64,000 nucleotides of DNA from an uncultured virus (IMG/VR IMGVR_UViG_3300030109_004684) (Duplodnaviria > Heunggongvirae > Uroviricota > Caudoviricetes > Crassvirales): IMG/VR virus record IMGVR_UViG_3300030109_004684. The stretch is one strand, 5' to 3'. This document shows, in pieces, positions 1 through 7,476 of the stretch. The stretch's first letter is position 1. The number at the start of each line of letters is the position of its first letter. The notes beneath the pieces were generated by a model. It did not search any database and had not been told where the DNA came from. It worked only from the letters and a program-made list of their open reading frames with translations. A program made the translations under genes and the position numbers.

Positions 1-1322
1 CCCATTTTGTATGGGTTACCTTTCATTTTAAAACCTTTTTTCATTTCTATTGGGGATTTTTGTTTTTTCATCTCTGCCGGTGAGTCAGCGGCTTGTTGTC
101 TTTCGTATTTTTGTTTACGCATTAATTGATCTTCTTCTGCCGCTGTTAAACCTTTTACATCATCTGATACAGTTGTGTAATCATCAATTTCCATCATTTT
201 TTCACTATTAGGAACGTTAGCAGAATATCCTGAACTAGTTGTATAGGTACCTGTTCTATCAATTTTATCTCTTATCTCAGCGTCTTTACCACTATATTTT
301 ACATCAAACTGATCCATACCACCTTCAAAGTTACCTTTGTCTATCTCTTCTAATTTGTCTTCTAGTGCTAGGTACGCAGGGTCGTCATTGACAGCGCTTA
401 CCGCCTCAAAGTCAGACATACCTTGGTCAAGATATTTCCTTTTTATTTTTGCTTGTTCATCAAGTACGTCTTGGTATCCTCCTGCTTTTCTATTTGCTTG
501 TATGATGTTTTCGTTCTTTGCTTCATAATCTTTCATAGCGTCTGTTACGTTTTTAACACGCTCACTACCACCTCTACTTCCAATATCCATGTCATAATAT
601 ACATCTTCTCCACCTCTTGTTACTTCAATGTCTCTTCTTTTAGCTGGAGACTTCATTTTAAAACCTTTTTTCATACCAGCAGGTGAATCAGCAGCTTCTC
701 TTCTCTTTTTTCTTTCATCACGTAGCTCTGTGTCAGTGTATGTTGTATCTATACCTATACCTGCGTCATCTGTTATACCTTCTGTCCCAACAGGGTATGT
801 AGTAGAACCTTTACCTCTTTCGTAACTATACCTATCTTTATTTAGTAGTTTTCTTTGTCTCGCGTCTTCACCGCTATATTTTACATCATATAATGATTCA
901 CCACCTTCAACGTTTTTACCTTGCTCTATTTCTTTTAGCCGTGCTTGTATTTCATCTATCCTTTTTTGTGGCATTAAATCCTCATCCTTGTACCCGCCAG
1001 CCACGTATTTGTCTGAGCTATCTTCCATCTCTTTCATTAGAGCGTCATACTCAGCTCCTGCTTTTTCTACATTTCTGTCTCTCATTCTTCGGTTTGCTCT
1101 TTCGTATTTCAACGCGTCTTGTACCCTTTTACTACGAGTTTCACCTGTTTGACCCGTATCTCTATCATACATGATTTCTTCACCATCTCTTGTAACACCT
1201 ATGTCTAGTGCTTTGTTTGGAGACTCTTCTTTCTTCATGTCCATAGCAGAAGAGTAGTCCCTTATTTTATTAGGCGATTCTCCCTTCATCGGGAACCCCT
1301 TTTTTTTCATTTTGAATGCCAT
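1..1322 (-). CDS. Late protein with two ~190-aa internal repeats and FKMK/SPxK motifs, truncated at the window edge
   Basis: My translation from the ATG at 1322 (MAFKMKKKGFPMKGESPNK...) stays open to position 3 (~440 codons). It is absent from the ORF track because it runs off the edge. Repeat pairs include EGGESLYDVKYSGEDA / EGGMDQFDVKYSGKDA and AADSPAGMKKGFKMK / AADSPAEMKK...KKGFKMK. Confidence 0.85.
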   Translation of the reverse strand, partial: MAFKMKKKGFPMKGESPNKIRDYSSAMDMKKEESPNKALDIGVTRDGEEIMYDRDTGQTGETRSKRVQDALKYERANRRMRDRNVEKAGAEYDALMKEMEDSSDKYVAGGYKDEDLMPQKRIDEIQARLKEIEQGKNVEGGESLYDVKYSGEDARQRKLLNKDRYSYERGKGSTTYPVGTEGITDDAGIGIDTTYTDTELRDERKKRREAADSPAGMKKGFKMKSPAKRRDIEVTRGGEDVYYDMDIGSRGGSERVKNVTDAMKDYEAKNENIIQANRKAGGYQDVLDEQAKIKRKYLDQGMSDFEAVSAVNDDPAYLALEDKLEEIDKGNFEGGMDQFDVKYSGKDAEIRDKIDRTGTYTTSSGYSANVPNSEKMMEIDDYTTVSDDVKGLTAAEEDQLMRKQKYERQQAADSPAEMKKQKSPIEMKKGFKMKGNPYKM

Positions 1323-1372
1323 TGTTCTTCTTTTAAATTTATTAAACGTTTAATAATTGTTAGTTAACTATT

Positions 1373-1837
1373 TTACATAGTTACAGGTGAAACAAAATAT
1401 TTAAGTGAATTTTTAATATACATGCCACGTTTAGGTATACTTTTTAATTCTCTGCCTAGCAAATCATATATCTTATTATCTTGTAGCTGAGACTGTATTT
1501 CATTAACATGTGTAATTGTATTTACTAATTGCCAAGTGAAACCGTTGAATATAACATAGTAACACTCATTGCATGACCACTGCGGTGATATATCATAACA
1601 AACCTTTACAGTATCTAGCGGGTTAACTAAAAAGAAGTATGCAGTATCACCATTTGAAGAATAACACATACTGTTATCACAAACACCCCACATAAAGTTA
1701 GTACTATCTGAAGAACTGTTTACACCTATAACCGTAAGTGCTGAGCTTGTGCTTACACTAAAAGATAGAGAGTCGCATAAGGTTTGAGCATTAACATAGT
1801 TAAAGCATAGTAGAATTATAATTAGTAGTTTCTTCAT
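1373..1837 (-). CDS. Exported protein with signal peptide and T9SS-like C-terminal sorting domain
   Basis: N-terminus MKKLLIIILLCFNYVNAQ; C-terminus KIYDLLGRELKSIPKRGMYIKN (YDLLGR-type CTD). Confidence 0.7.
   Translation of the reverse strand: MKKLLIIILLCFNYVNAQTLCDSLSFSVSTSSALTVIGVNSSSDSTNFMWGVCDNSMCYSSNGDTAYFFLVNPLDTVKVCYDISPQWSCNECYYVIFNGFTWQLVNTITHVNEIQSQLQDNKIYDLLGRELKSIPKRGMYIKNSLKYFVSPVTM
1377..1403 (-). promoter_or_regulatory. Class II (middle/late) promoter motif
   Basis: The - strand reads TAAATA-ttttgtttcacct-GTAACTAT, upstream of the ATG at 1322. It is one of 5 copies with identical spacing. Confidence 0.7.
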
Positions 1838-1843
1838 ATACTT

Positions 1844-1870
1844 ATAGTCACTCGCCTACTATTATATTTA
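1844..1870 (-). promoter_or_regulatory. Class II promoter motif
   Basis: TAAATA-taatagtaggcga-GTGACTAT, ending 6 nt before the ATG at 1837. Confidence 0.7.
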
Positions 1871-1874
1871 AAAG

Positions 1875-1922
1875 TGTGACACTTGCCTGCTACTAGTTTC
1901 CTCTTAATAGGCTAATGTCACA
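1875..1922. repeat. Inverted repeat, probable protein-binding site (copy 1)
   Basis: TGTGACActtGCC-N22-GGCtaaTGTCACA; a second copy lies at 7431-7476. Confidence 0.8.
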
Positions 1923-1943
1923 AAAAAAAGTATTACAAATTTT

Positions 1944-2012
1944 GGGGTGTAGTGTTGCCCCCACTCCACTACCCCCTCCTCCCCCTGGAAATTTACTTTT
2001 GTTTACCAGGCC
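1944..2012. other. G/C-skewed island with hairpins at the strand-switch point
   Basis: Three C5 runs (1958-1962, 1972-1976, 1981-1985) in an otherwise AT-rich genome. GGGGT-GTAGTG (1944-1954) can pair with CACTAC-CCCC (1967-1976), and there is a CCTGG...CCAGG stem. Confidence 0.7.
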
Positions 2013-2109
2013 CCGTAGTTTTATCCCGTTTTACCTCTGCGTTTCCTTCCCATTACGTTACATAATCTCTACGCTGTCATATTTCTATTACATACTAGTT
2101 TTTATTTAT

Positions 2110-2139
2110 ATTATCCACTTCGCTCGTATTTACTATGTA
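2110..2139 (-). promoter_or_regulatory. Class I (early) promoter motif, leftward copy
   Basis: The - strand reads TACATAGTAAATACG-N7-TGGATAAT, a near match to the 8 + strand copies. Confidence 0.7.
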
Positions 2140-2172
2140 TCTACATTTTCTATTATCTATTTCTTTTTACGT

Positions 2173-2202
2173 TACAAACTAAATACATATTGTTTGGATA
2201 AT
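2173..2202 (+). promoter_or_regulatory. Class I (early) promoter motif
   Basis: TACAAACTAAATACA-tattgtt-TGGATAAT. Confidence 0.8.
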
Positions 2203-2233
2203 ATTAATGAATTTAAACTAAAAACAAATAACT

Positions 2234-2347
2234 ATGAAGAATTTTAATCATTTCAAACTTTTCTCAATTACACTAAATGTAATATATGTTGTCACTCAAT
2301 TATCATTATTCACATTTGTAATTAACACAATTATGAAAACTTTTTAA
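2234..2347 (+). CDS. Small hydrophobic early peptide (37 aa)
   Basis: MKNFNHFKLFSITLNVIYVVTQLSLFTFVINTIMKTF directly follows a class I motif and an A-rich leader; below the ORF-track cutoff. Confidence 0.55.
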   Translation: MKNFNHFKLFSITLNVIYVVTQLSLFTFVINTIMKTF

Positions 2348-2418
2348 TTGTAAATGAAGAGAAGTGGAGGAATACTAGAGGTAGATTTTCTTCACATTAA
2401 CAAACAATATACTTTTAT

Positions 2419-2448
2419 TACAAAGTAAATACAACAAAAATGGATAAT
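2419..2448 (+). promoter_or_regulatory. Class I promoter motif
   Basis: TACAAAGTAAATACA-acaaaaa-TGGATAAT. Confidence 0.8.
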
Positions 2449-2462
2449 AATAATAAAAAAAT

Positions 2463-2705
2463 ATGAACAATAAAAATAATAAAAATAAATTAAAATTAAA
2501 TAATAATTCAATATTAAAATTAAATAATAATATATATATTCCTTTTCAACTTCATACTCTTCCAAAATATTTTGATGAAATAAATATAAATAATATTATA
2601 AAATATAAATCATTAATTTATATAAATATAATTGAATTAAAAAATAAAAAAACTATTTTAAATTTATTAAATAGTTCTAAATTAAATAAATATTCTTTAA
2701 ATTAA
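2463..2705 (+). CDS. Hypothetical early protein, extremely AT-rich (N/K/I/L-biased)
   Basis: The ORF sits between two class I motifs; low complexity. Confidence 0.45.
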   Translation: MNNKNNKNKLKLNNNSILKLNNNIYIPFQLHTLPKYFDEININNIIKYKSLIYINIIELKNKKTILNLLNSSKLNKYSLN

Positions 2706-2716
2706 AATAAACTATT

Positions 2717-2746
2717 TACAATGTAAATACAATAATATTGGATAAT
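2717..2746 (+). promoter_or_regulatory. Class I promoter motif
   Basis: TACAATGTAAATACA-ataatat-TGGATAAT. Confidence 0.8.
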
Positions 2747-2791
2747 ATAAACAAACAAACTAAATAAATTATTAACTAAAAAAATTAAATT

Positions 2792-3019
2792 ATGTCAAAC
2801 TTAAAATCAAAAAGATTTGTAATCAGAAAATCACTAATCGGTAAAAATTCAACAATTGAAGTAACATTCAAAAATGGTAATCAAGTTACTTACAATCACG
2901 ACAAAGTGTATGATTTACTAAAATCAAACTTATCAAAATTAAATTGTTTTGAAAAGTATGGAAGTTACACTTCAAGTACAAATATTCCAAAAGTTCTTAG
3001 AGATCAAGAATTAGTGTAA
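2792..3019 (+). CDS. Hypothetical early protein
   Basis: 75-aa ORF after a class I motif with an AT-rich leader. Confidence 0.8.
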   Translation: MSNLKSKRFVIRKSLIGKNSTIEVTFKNGNQVTYNHDKVYDLLKSNLSKLNCFEKYGSYTSSTNIPKVLRDQELV

Positions 3020-3120
3020 TATTAAAATTCCAGTTAGTTTCACTTGTTTCCTGGTAAATCAAAAATGAATGAGTAAATGTAGTAATGGTTTTTGTGAGTT
3101 CGATTCTCACACTACAACTA
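3020..3120 (+). ncRNA. tRNA-like mini-element (T-arm plus acceptor-like stem)
   Basis: GTGAG-TTCGATT-CTCAC (3094-3110) is followed by ACTACA (3111-3116), complementary to TGTAGT (3078-3083). No D or anticodon arm is recognisable. Confidence 0.5.
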
Positions 3121-3137
3121 ATATAAAATATAAAATT

Positions 3138-3368
3138 ATGACTAAAAATGAATTAAAAGAATTATGGTGGGGATTACCACATAAAGAAAAGAAAAAAGAA
3201 ATGAAATTAATAGTAATTTCTTTTGAGTACAAAATGGTAAAAGTGATAACTGATGTAGAAGGTTATTATCAGTCTTCATCACATTTTCCAAAAAATGATT
3301 TAACTGAGTTCGCACTCAACTTAAAAAATCATACAAGATTTAGTGATTACAATATAGTATGTATGTAA
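3138..3368 (+). CDS. Hypothetical early protein
   Basis: Track ORF 3069..3368; the likelier start is the ATG at 3138 (MTKNELKELWWG) after an A-rich leader and downstream of the tRNA-like element. Confidence 0.7.
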   Translation: MTKNELKELWWGLPHKEKKKEMKLIVISFEYKMVKVITDVEGYYQSSSHFPKNDLTEFALNLKNHTRFSDYNIVCM

Positions 3369-3398
3369 TACAAAGTAAATACAAACTAATTGGATAAT
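3369..3398 (+). promoter_or_regulatory. Class I promoter motif
   Basis: TACAAAGTAAATACA-aactaat-TGGATAAT. Confidence 0.8.
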
Positions 3399-3430
3399 AT
3401 AAACAAAAATATTAATTAAATAAATAAACT

Positions 3431-3616
3431 ATGTCAAAAAATAAAATAATAGAAGAAACAGTAGAAACTATAATAGATAATATAGAAGAAAAATTAGTAG
3501 ATTATATGTTTGAGTATGGTAATTATAGTGATTCAAATGATATATTCTATAAAGACAAAGAAGAATTATTCTCACAAGTAATAGAAGAAATAAATAACAG
3601 ATTAAAAAATAAATAA
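3431..3616 (+). CDS. Small acidic hypothetical protein
   Basis: 61-aa E/D-rich ORF following a class I motif. Confidence 0.75.
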   Translation: MSKNKIIEETVETIIDNIEEKLVDYMFEYGNYSDSNDIFYKDKEELFSQVIEEINNRLKNK

Positions 3617-3617
3617 T

Positions 3618-3863
3618 ATGTCAAGAAAAATTAACATAAACAAGTATGAAGGTAATACACATTATAGTGTATCAGTAACAGACAAATATGGTCAAGAACA
3701 TCATATTGGTTACTACAAACACCTTTATACTAACAAATTACAGGAAAAGGCGGAAAAAATATGGTCAAATGAAGTTAAACCCGAGGTAGATTTACTTAGT
3801 GAGGCGATATCTGACTGTATTAAAATAGATATTAACAATAATTTAACACCTATATTAGATTAA
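3618..3863 (+). CDS. Hypothetical protein
   Basis: Tightly packed ORF in the early operon. Confidence 0.75.
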   Translation: MSRKININKYEGNTHYSVSVTDKYGQEHHIGYYKHLYTNKLQEKAEKIWSNEVKPEVDLLSEAISDCIKIDINNNLTPILD

Positions 3864-3866
3864 ACT

Positions 3867-4190
3867 ATGACAAAACAAGATAAAAAGAATAAAATGGATG
3901 AATTTATCCATGTAGGTATGGTATCTTCTTACTTAATGTTGATAGAAGATAAAACTTATGGTGATGTACGAAAATTACAACAAGAAAAAGGAGTAAAATC
4001 TGTGTTCTTTTTGTCTCCGATGGACGTAGATACGGGTGATATACAAAAATGTGACTTAGAATCTATGATAGAACACTTTGTAGAGCGAGAAGATTATAAG
4101 AAATGTGCGAAAATAAAGTGGTTAATAGACAATAATAAGTGTGATGAAGATGGTTGGTTATTCTTAACTAACAGACTTAATACAAACTAA
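3867..4190 (+). CDS. Hypothetical protein with a UVR-like motif
   Basis: MIEHFVEREDYKKCAKIK resembles the UVR-type E-x-YE-x-CA motif. Confidence 0.65.
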   Translation: MTKQDKKNKMDEFIHVGMVSSYLMLIEDKTYGDVRKLQQEKGVKSVFFLSPMDVDTGDIQKCDLESMIEHFVEREDYKKCAKIKWLIDNNKCDEDGWLFLTNRLNTN

Positions 4191-4210
4191 ATACACGATA
4201 ATTGGATAAT
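4181..4210 (+). promoter_or_regulatory. Class I promoter motif
   Basis: TACAAACTAAATACA-cgataat-TGGATAAT. Confidence 0.8.
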
Positions 4211-4221
4211 ATAAATAAAAT

Positions 4222-4431
4222 ATGAAATGTAAATGTAATAAAATAATACCTCAAGGCAGAGTTAATCTTGGTTTTACAACTTGTGTTGACTGTTCTAAGA
4301 CCGAAAAATATGGTTGTGCACCACTAATCAACCACAAAACCGGTAATTCCATACAGATTATGTCAAGCAGTGATGCAAAGCGTATCGCTAAGTTGACTCA
4401 GCGTAGAGGTTATGGTACAATGTTAGGATAA
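4222..4431 (+). CDS. DksA/TraR-type C4 zinc-finger protein
   Basis: CKCNKIIPQGRVNLGFTTCVDC matches the C..C..IP..R......C..C pattern. Confidence 0.7.
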   Translation: MKCKCNKIIPQGRVNLGFTTCVDCSKTEKYGCAPLINHKTGNSIQIMSSSDAKRIAKLTQRRGYGTMLG

Positions 4432-4446
4432 AATAAATAAATTACA

Positions 4447-4623
4447 ATGAAATTATTTAAAAAAAAATTAAATCAAAACGAAAAACTATTAAAAAACATA
4501 GAAGAATATGACAAAAAAAAGAAAGCTAAACAGCAAAAATCCAAAATATTGGGACAAAAGCCAGTTAAAGGAAAAACCAATAAAAGAAAAGAAACTACTA
4601 TGTACGACACACCACGGGTGTAA
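4447..4623 (+). CDS. Small Lys-rich protein (58 aa)
   Basis: MKLFKKKLNQNEKLLKNIEEYDKKKKAK...TPRV, my translation; fills the gap between neighbouring genes. Confidence 0.6.
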   Translation: MKLFKKKLNQNEKLLKNIEEYDKKKKAKQQKSKILGQKPVKGKTNKRKETTMYDTPRV

Positions 4624-4648
4624 AGTATACGGAATATGGTATGAATAA

Positions 4649-4678
4649 TACAAACTAAATACATTACAAATGGATAAT
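4649..4678 (+). promoter_or_regulatory. Class I promoter motif
   Basis: TACAAACTAAATACA-ttacaaa-TGGATAAT. Confidence 0.8.
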
Positions 4679-4701
4679 AATAACAAATAAAATTAAATAA
4701 T

Positions 4702-5043
4702 ATGTCAGAAACAAAAGAACTGTTAGAAGCTACAGTAAAAGGCTTACAAGACAAAGTCAATCAATTAAATATAGACTTAAAAGCTAAACAACAAGAACTA
4801 CAAGATGTTAATAAACCAGAATTATCAAATGATACTTATGCTGAGCTCGAAGATATTATAGGCAATACTATCGGCGATTATCAGTTTGAGTGTGGTGAGT
4901 TTGATTATGAGTTTAACTTAGATTATGATAACAAGCTAGAACTCAGTGACTTACAATTTAATGATCACTACAACTTAGCAGAAGCAGTTATGAAAGCAAT
5001 TACTAACCATTTTAAAATAGCAGAAGATGAAACTAACGAGTAA
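4702..5043 (+). CDS. Coiled-coil/acidic hypothetical protein
   Basis: N-terminal heptads and an acidic C-terminal half. Confidence 0.8.
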   Translation: MSETKELLEATVKGLQDKVNQLNIDLKAKQQELQDVNKPELSNDTYAELEDIIGNTIGDYQFECGEFDYEFNLDYDNKLELSDLQFNDHYNLAEAVMKAITNHFKIAEDETNE

Positions 5044-5308
5044 AAAAGTTAAAGAATATATGACGTGGCGTACGGATGAAAATTTTACACATTGTCCTGA
5101 AGCTACAGCAGCCGCTTGCAACGATTTAGCAAATAAATTTAAAAATGAGTTTACAGCGCCTAAAATAAAAGCTGAAGACTTTATGAAGTTGTTATACTTC
5201 AACGAACCAATACCTGAGCTACATACACATAGCTATGGCTTTAACACAGCTACAGGTAGAGCAATTATTAAATCACTAAAAATGAAATATTATGAAAATA
5301 AAAAGTAA
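5027..5308 (+). CDS. Hypothetical protein
   Basis: Overlap-coupled ORF in the operon. Confidence 0.75.
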   Translation: MKLTSKKVKEYMTWRTDENFTHCPEATAAACNDLANKFKNEFTAPKIKAEDFMKLLYFNEPIPELHTHSYGFNTATGRAIIKSLKMKYYENKK

Positions 5309-5555
5309 TCAACCAATTCCTGATTGGTTCAATGGTAGAATCTATAAAGATGGTGCTACAGTTAGAAACAGATTTTCAGGAGAAGAATATGAACTAAATA
5401 ATGTAGAGTTAAGTATTTATGACTTTGTGATGGGCGCAACTATAGTAGTTGAAATGGGTATGTTTAATACACCTCAACACATACAAGACCTTAGAAAAGG
5501 TTTAAACTGGTTTAGACAATACAACGCTAAAGCTTATATGACTTTACTAGACTAA
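5292..5555 (+). CDS. Hypothetical protein
   Basis: Overlap-coupled ORF ending LNWFRQYNAKAYMTLLD. Confidence 0.8.
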   Translation: MKIKSNQPIPDWFNGRIYKDGATVRNRFSGEEYELNNVELSIYDFVMGATIVVEMGMFNTPQHIQDLRKGLNWFRQYNAKAYMTLLD

Positions 5556-5569
5556 AAAAAAATTAAATT

Positions 5570-5956
5570 ATGAGTACAAGAGCACAAGTAAGATTCGCAA
5601 CACGCGAAGATGGTGTATCGTTTAGCGAACACCCAGAAAAATTTCACGCACAATTTTATAAACATCACGATGGTTATCCCGAGGGTCTAGGCGTAGATCT
5701 AGCTAAAACACTATTAAATAGTGGTAGTTGGAACGGTGTATCGCTAGAAATAGATAGTTTAGATACCAGAAGATCTGATACAGAATATATGTATTATATA
5801 TGGCAAGCGCCATTAAAGACTACGTGGATAAGTATTTTCGAGCTAAATCCTTGGTCAGAAAAAGGTGACGAATGTATATTTGTAGGTGAACCACAAAAAC
5901 TATTAAACAAATACAAACTAAATACAAGCAATATGGATAATAATATAAACAATTAA
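5570..5956 (+). CDS. Conserved phage hypothetical protein (MSTRA...YxHxDGYP type)
   Basis: MSTRAQV and FYKHHDGYPEGLG motifs are typical of a widespread phage early protein family. Confidence 0.75.
   Translation: MSTRAQVRFATREDGVSFSEHPEKFHAQFYKHHDGYPEGLGVDLAKTLLNSGSWNGVSLEIDSLDTRRSDTEYMYYIWQAPLKTTWISIFELNPWSEKGDECIFVGEPQKLLNKYKLNTSNMDNNINN
5912..5941 (+). promoter_or_regulatory. Class I promoter motif upstream of the ligase
   Basis: TACAAACTAAATACA-agcaata-TGGATAAT. Confidence 0.8.
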
Positions 5957-5958
5957 AT

Positions 5959-6840
5959 ATGATGAGACACAAACCAATGCTAGCATACCCTGTTAGCGAA
6001 AAACCAATTGATTACAGTAAACCAGTATTTATGCAACCAAAACTAGATGGTGTTAGATGTGTAATACAAAGTGAATACGTTGAATTTTATAGACCAGGAA
6101 GCAGTCAACTTATTAAAGCTGACGCTGTAAAAGCTTATTCACGTACAGGTAAAGAGTGGAAAAATATAGATCATATATTAAAGGAATTAGTACCATTTTT
6201 TGCAAAATATCCTAATGTTATACTTGATGGCGAACTGTATAATCACAGTCTAAAAGACGATTTTGAAAAGATCATATCATTGGTCAGAAAAACAAAACCA
6301 ACTGATAAGGATCGTCTAGAAGCTGCCCAGTACACAGAATTTCATTGCTATGATATAATTGATGAAACTAAAACGTTTAAAGAGCGTAATAAATTTATTA
6401 CACAAAACGTACCACGCAACCATTGTATTAAACACGTTAAAACTTACAATGTTGTTACTGAATCACTAGCTAAAGTTGTACATCAACAAAATCTAGACAA
6501 TGGCTACGAAGGCTCTATATTACGTACTAACGATACATATCAATGTAAACGTTCACATAGCTTACGTAAATTCAAAGACTTTCACGATACTGAGGCTACT
6601 ATTACAGGTTGGGTTGAAGGCAAAGGTAAACGTAAAGGTACTATCGGTAAGTTTCTAGCTATTGATGCTGAAGGTATAACGTTCGGTATGCCTGTTATGG
6701 ATAAGTTTAAGTATTTACAAAACAATTTCAAAAAAATGCAAGGCTATGTAGGTAAAACTGCTACCTTTACATACTTCGAACGAACAAAAGCAAATAGCTA
6801 CAGACACCCATTATTTAAATGTATTAGAGATTATGAATAG
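5959..6840 (+). CDS. ATP-dependent DNA ligase
   Basis: Motif I KLDGVR, motif III LDGELY, motif IV EGSIL, motif V KFK, and a C-terminal OB fold with RHP. Confidence 0.93.
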   Translation: MMRHKPMLAYPVSEKPIDYSKPVFMQPKLDGVRCVIQSEYVEFYRPGSSQLIKADAVKAYSRTGKEWKNIDHILKELVPFFAKYPNVILDGELYNHSLKDDFEKIISLVRKTKPTDKDRLEAAQYTEFHCYDIIDETKTFKERNKFITQNVPRNHCIKHVKTYNVVTESLAKVVHQQNLDNGYEGSILRTNDTYQCKRSHSLRKFKDFHDTEATITGWVEGKGKRKGTIGKFLAIDAEGITFGMPVMDKFKYLQNNFKKMQGYVGKTATFTYFERTKANSYRHPLFKCIRDYE

Positions 6841-6940
6841 AAACCAACAACAAATGTATAAGGACATTAGCGACTTAACTAAAGCCTTAACTAAACTAGT
6901 AAAAGTAATAGAAAAACTAGCAAAACAACAATATGACTAG
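6833..6940 (+). CDS. Small helical protein (35 aa)
   Basis: MNRNQQQMYKDISDLTKALTKLVKVIEKLAKQQYD overlaps both neighbouring genes. Confidence 0.5.
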   Translation: MNRNQQQMYKDISDLTKALTKLVKVIEKLAKQQYD

Positions 6941-7301
6941 AATAAATGTAGGCATACCGCCAGCTGAATTAACAGATAAACACTTGTTAGCTGAACACAG
7001 AGAAATAAAACGTATACCAAATTGTATTGCTAAAGGTAAGTACAATATGGAAGGAATACCTGACAAGTTTAAATTAGGCACAGGTCACGTTAAGTTTTTT
7101 TATAATAAATTAGAATATTTATTTACAAGATATGTTAAGTTATATCTTGAATGTAAAGACAGAGGATTTAACGTGCAAAATTATTCCAAAGCATGGGATA
7201 ATTTACCAGAAGAATTATTAAACCATTATGAACCAACAGATGCCGATAGGCAAATTATAAGACAAAGAATAAATGACAGACAAACTAAAGCAAAGAATTA
7301 A
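6933..7301 (+). CDS. denV: Pyrimidine-dimer DNA glycosylase (T4 endonuclease V family)
   Basis: MTRIN...LTDKHLLAEHREIKRI and FKLGTGHVKFFYNKL closely match T4 DenV motifs. Confidence 0.93.
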   Translation: MTRINVGIPPAELTDKHLLAEHREIKRIPNCIAKGKYNMEGIPDKFKLGTGHVKFFYNKLEYLFTRYVKLYLECKDRGFNVQNYSKAWDNLPEELLNHYEPTDADRQIIRQRINDRQTKAKN

Positions 7302-7461
7302 AGAATTTAATGATATTAAATATCCTAATGATAATGAGACAAGAATTGTATTTACAACATTAAAACCAAGTAATGGTTATACATGGAAACAAGAAGCTGA
7401 TGATATGATTGAAGAGTATAACCGAGGGACTGTGACAACAGCCCCTAAATATAAAGAGTAA
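7273..7461 (+). CDS. Hypothetical protein
   Basis: 62-aa coupled ORF. Confidence 0.6.
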   Translation: MTDKLKQRIKEFNDIKYPNDNETRIVFTTLKPSNGYTWKQEADDMIEEYNRGTVTTAPKYKE

Positions 7462-7476
7462 CAGGCTAATGTCACA
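7431..7476. repeat. Inverted repeat (copy 2) overlapping the start codon at 7469
   Basis: TGTGACAacaGCC-N20-GGCtaATGTCACA. Confidence 0.8.

Noticed and set aside
337..1174. + strand ORFs 337..528, 423..686, 628..825 and 893..1174
   Set aside because: These are antisense shadows of the long - strand ORF 1322..<1. The other short antisense or nested ORFs in the track were rejected for the same reason.
1915..2247. 110-aa ORF with poly-Pro
   Set aside because: It arises from C-runs and overlaps the palindrome and two promoter motifs; its composition is not protein-like.
3040..3120. Complete tRNA gene or attP site
   Set aside because: No D or anticodon arm, no CCA and no integrase; kept only as a tRNA-like element.
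2173..5941. Repeated 30-bp motif as a CRISPR array
   Set aside because: Copies are hundreds of bp apart, separated by ORFs, have a variable internal spacer, and no cas genes are present.
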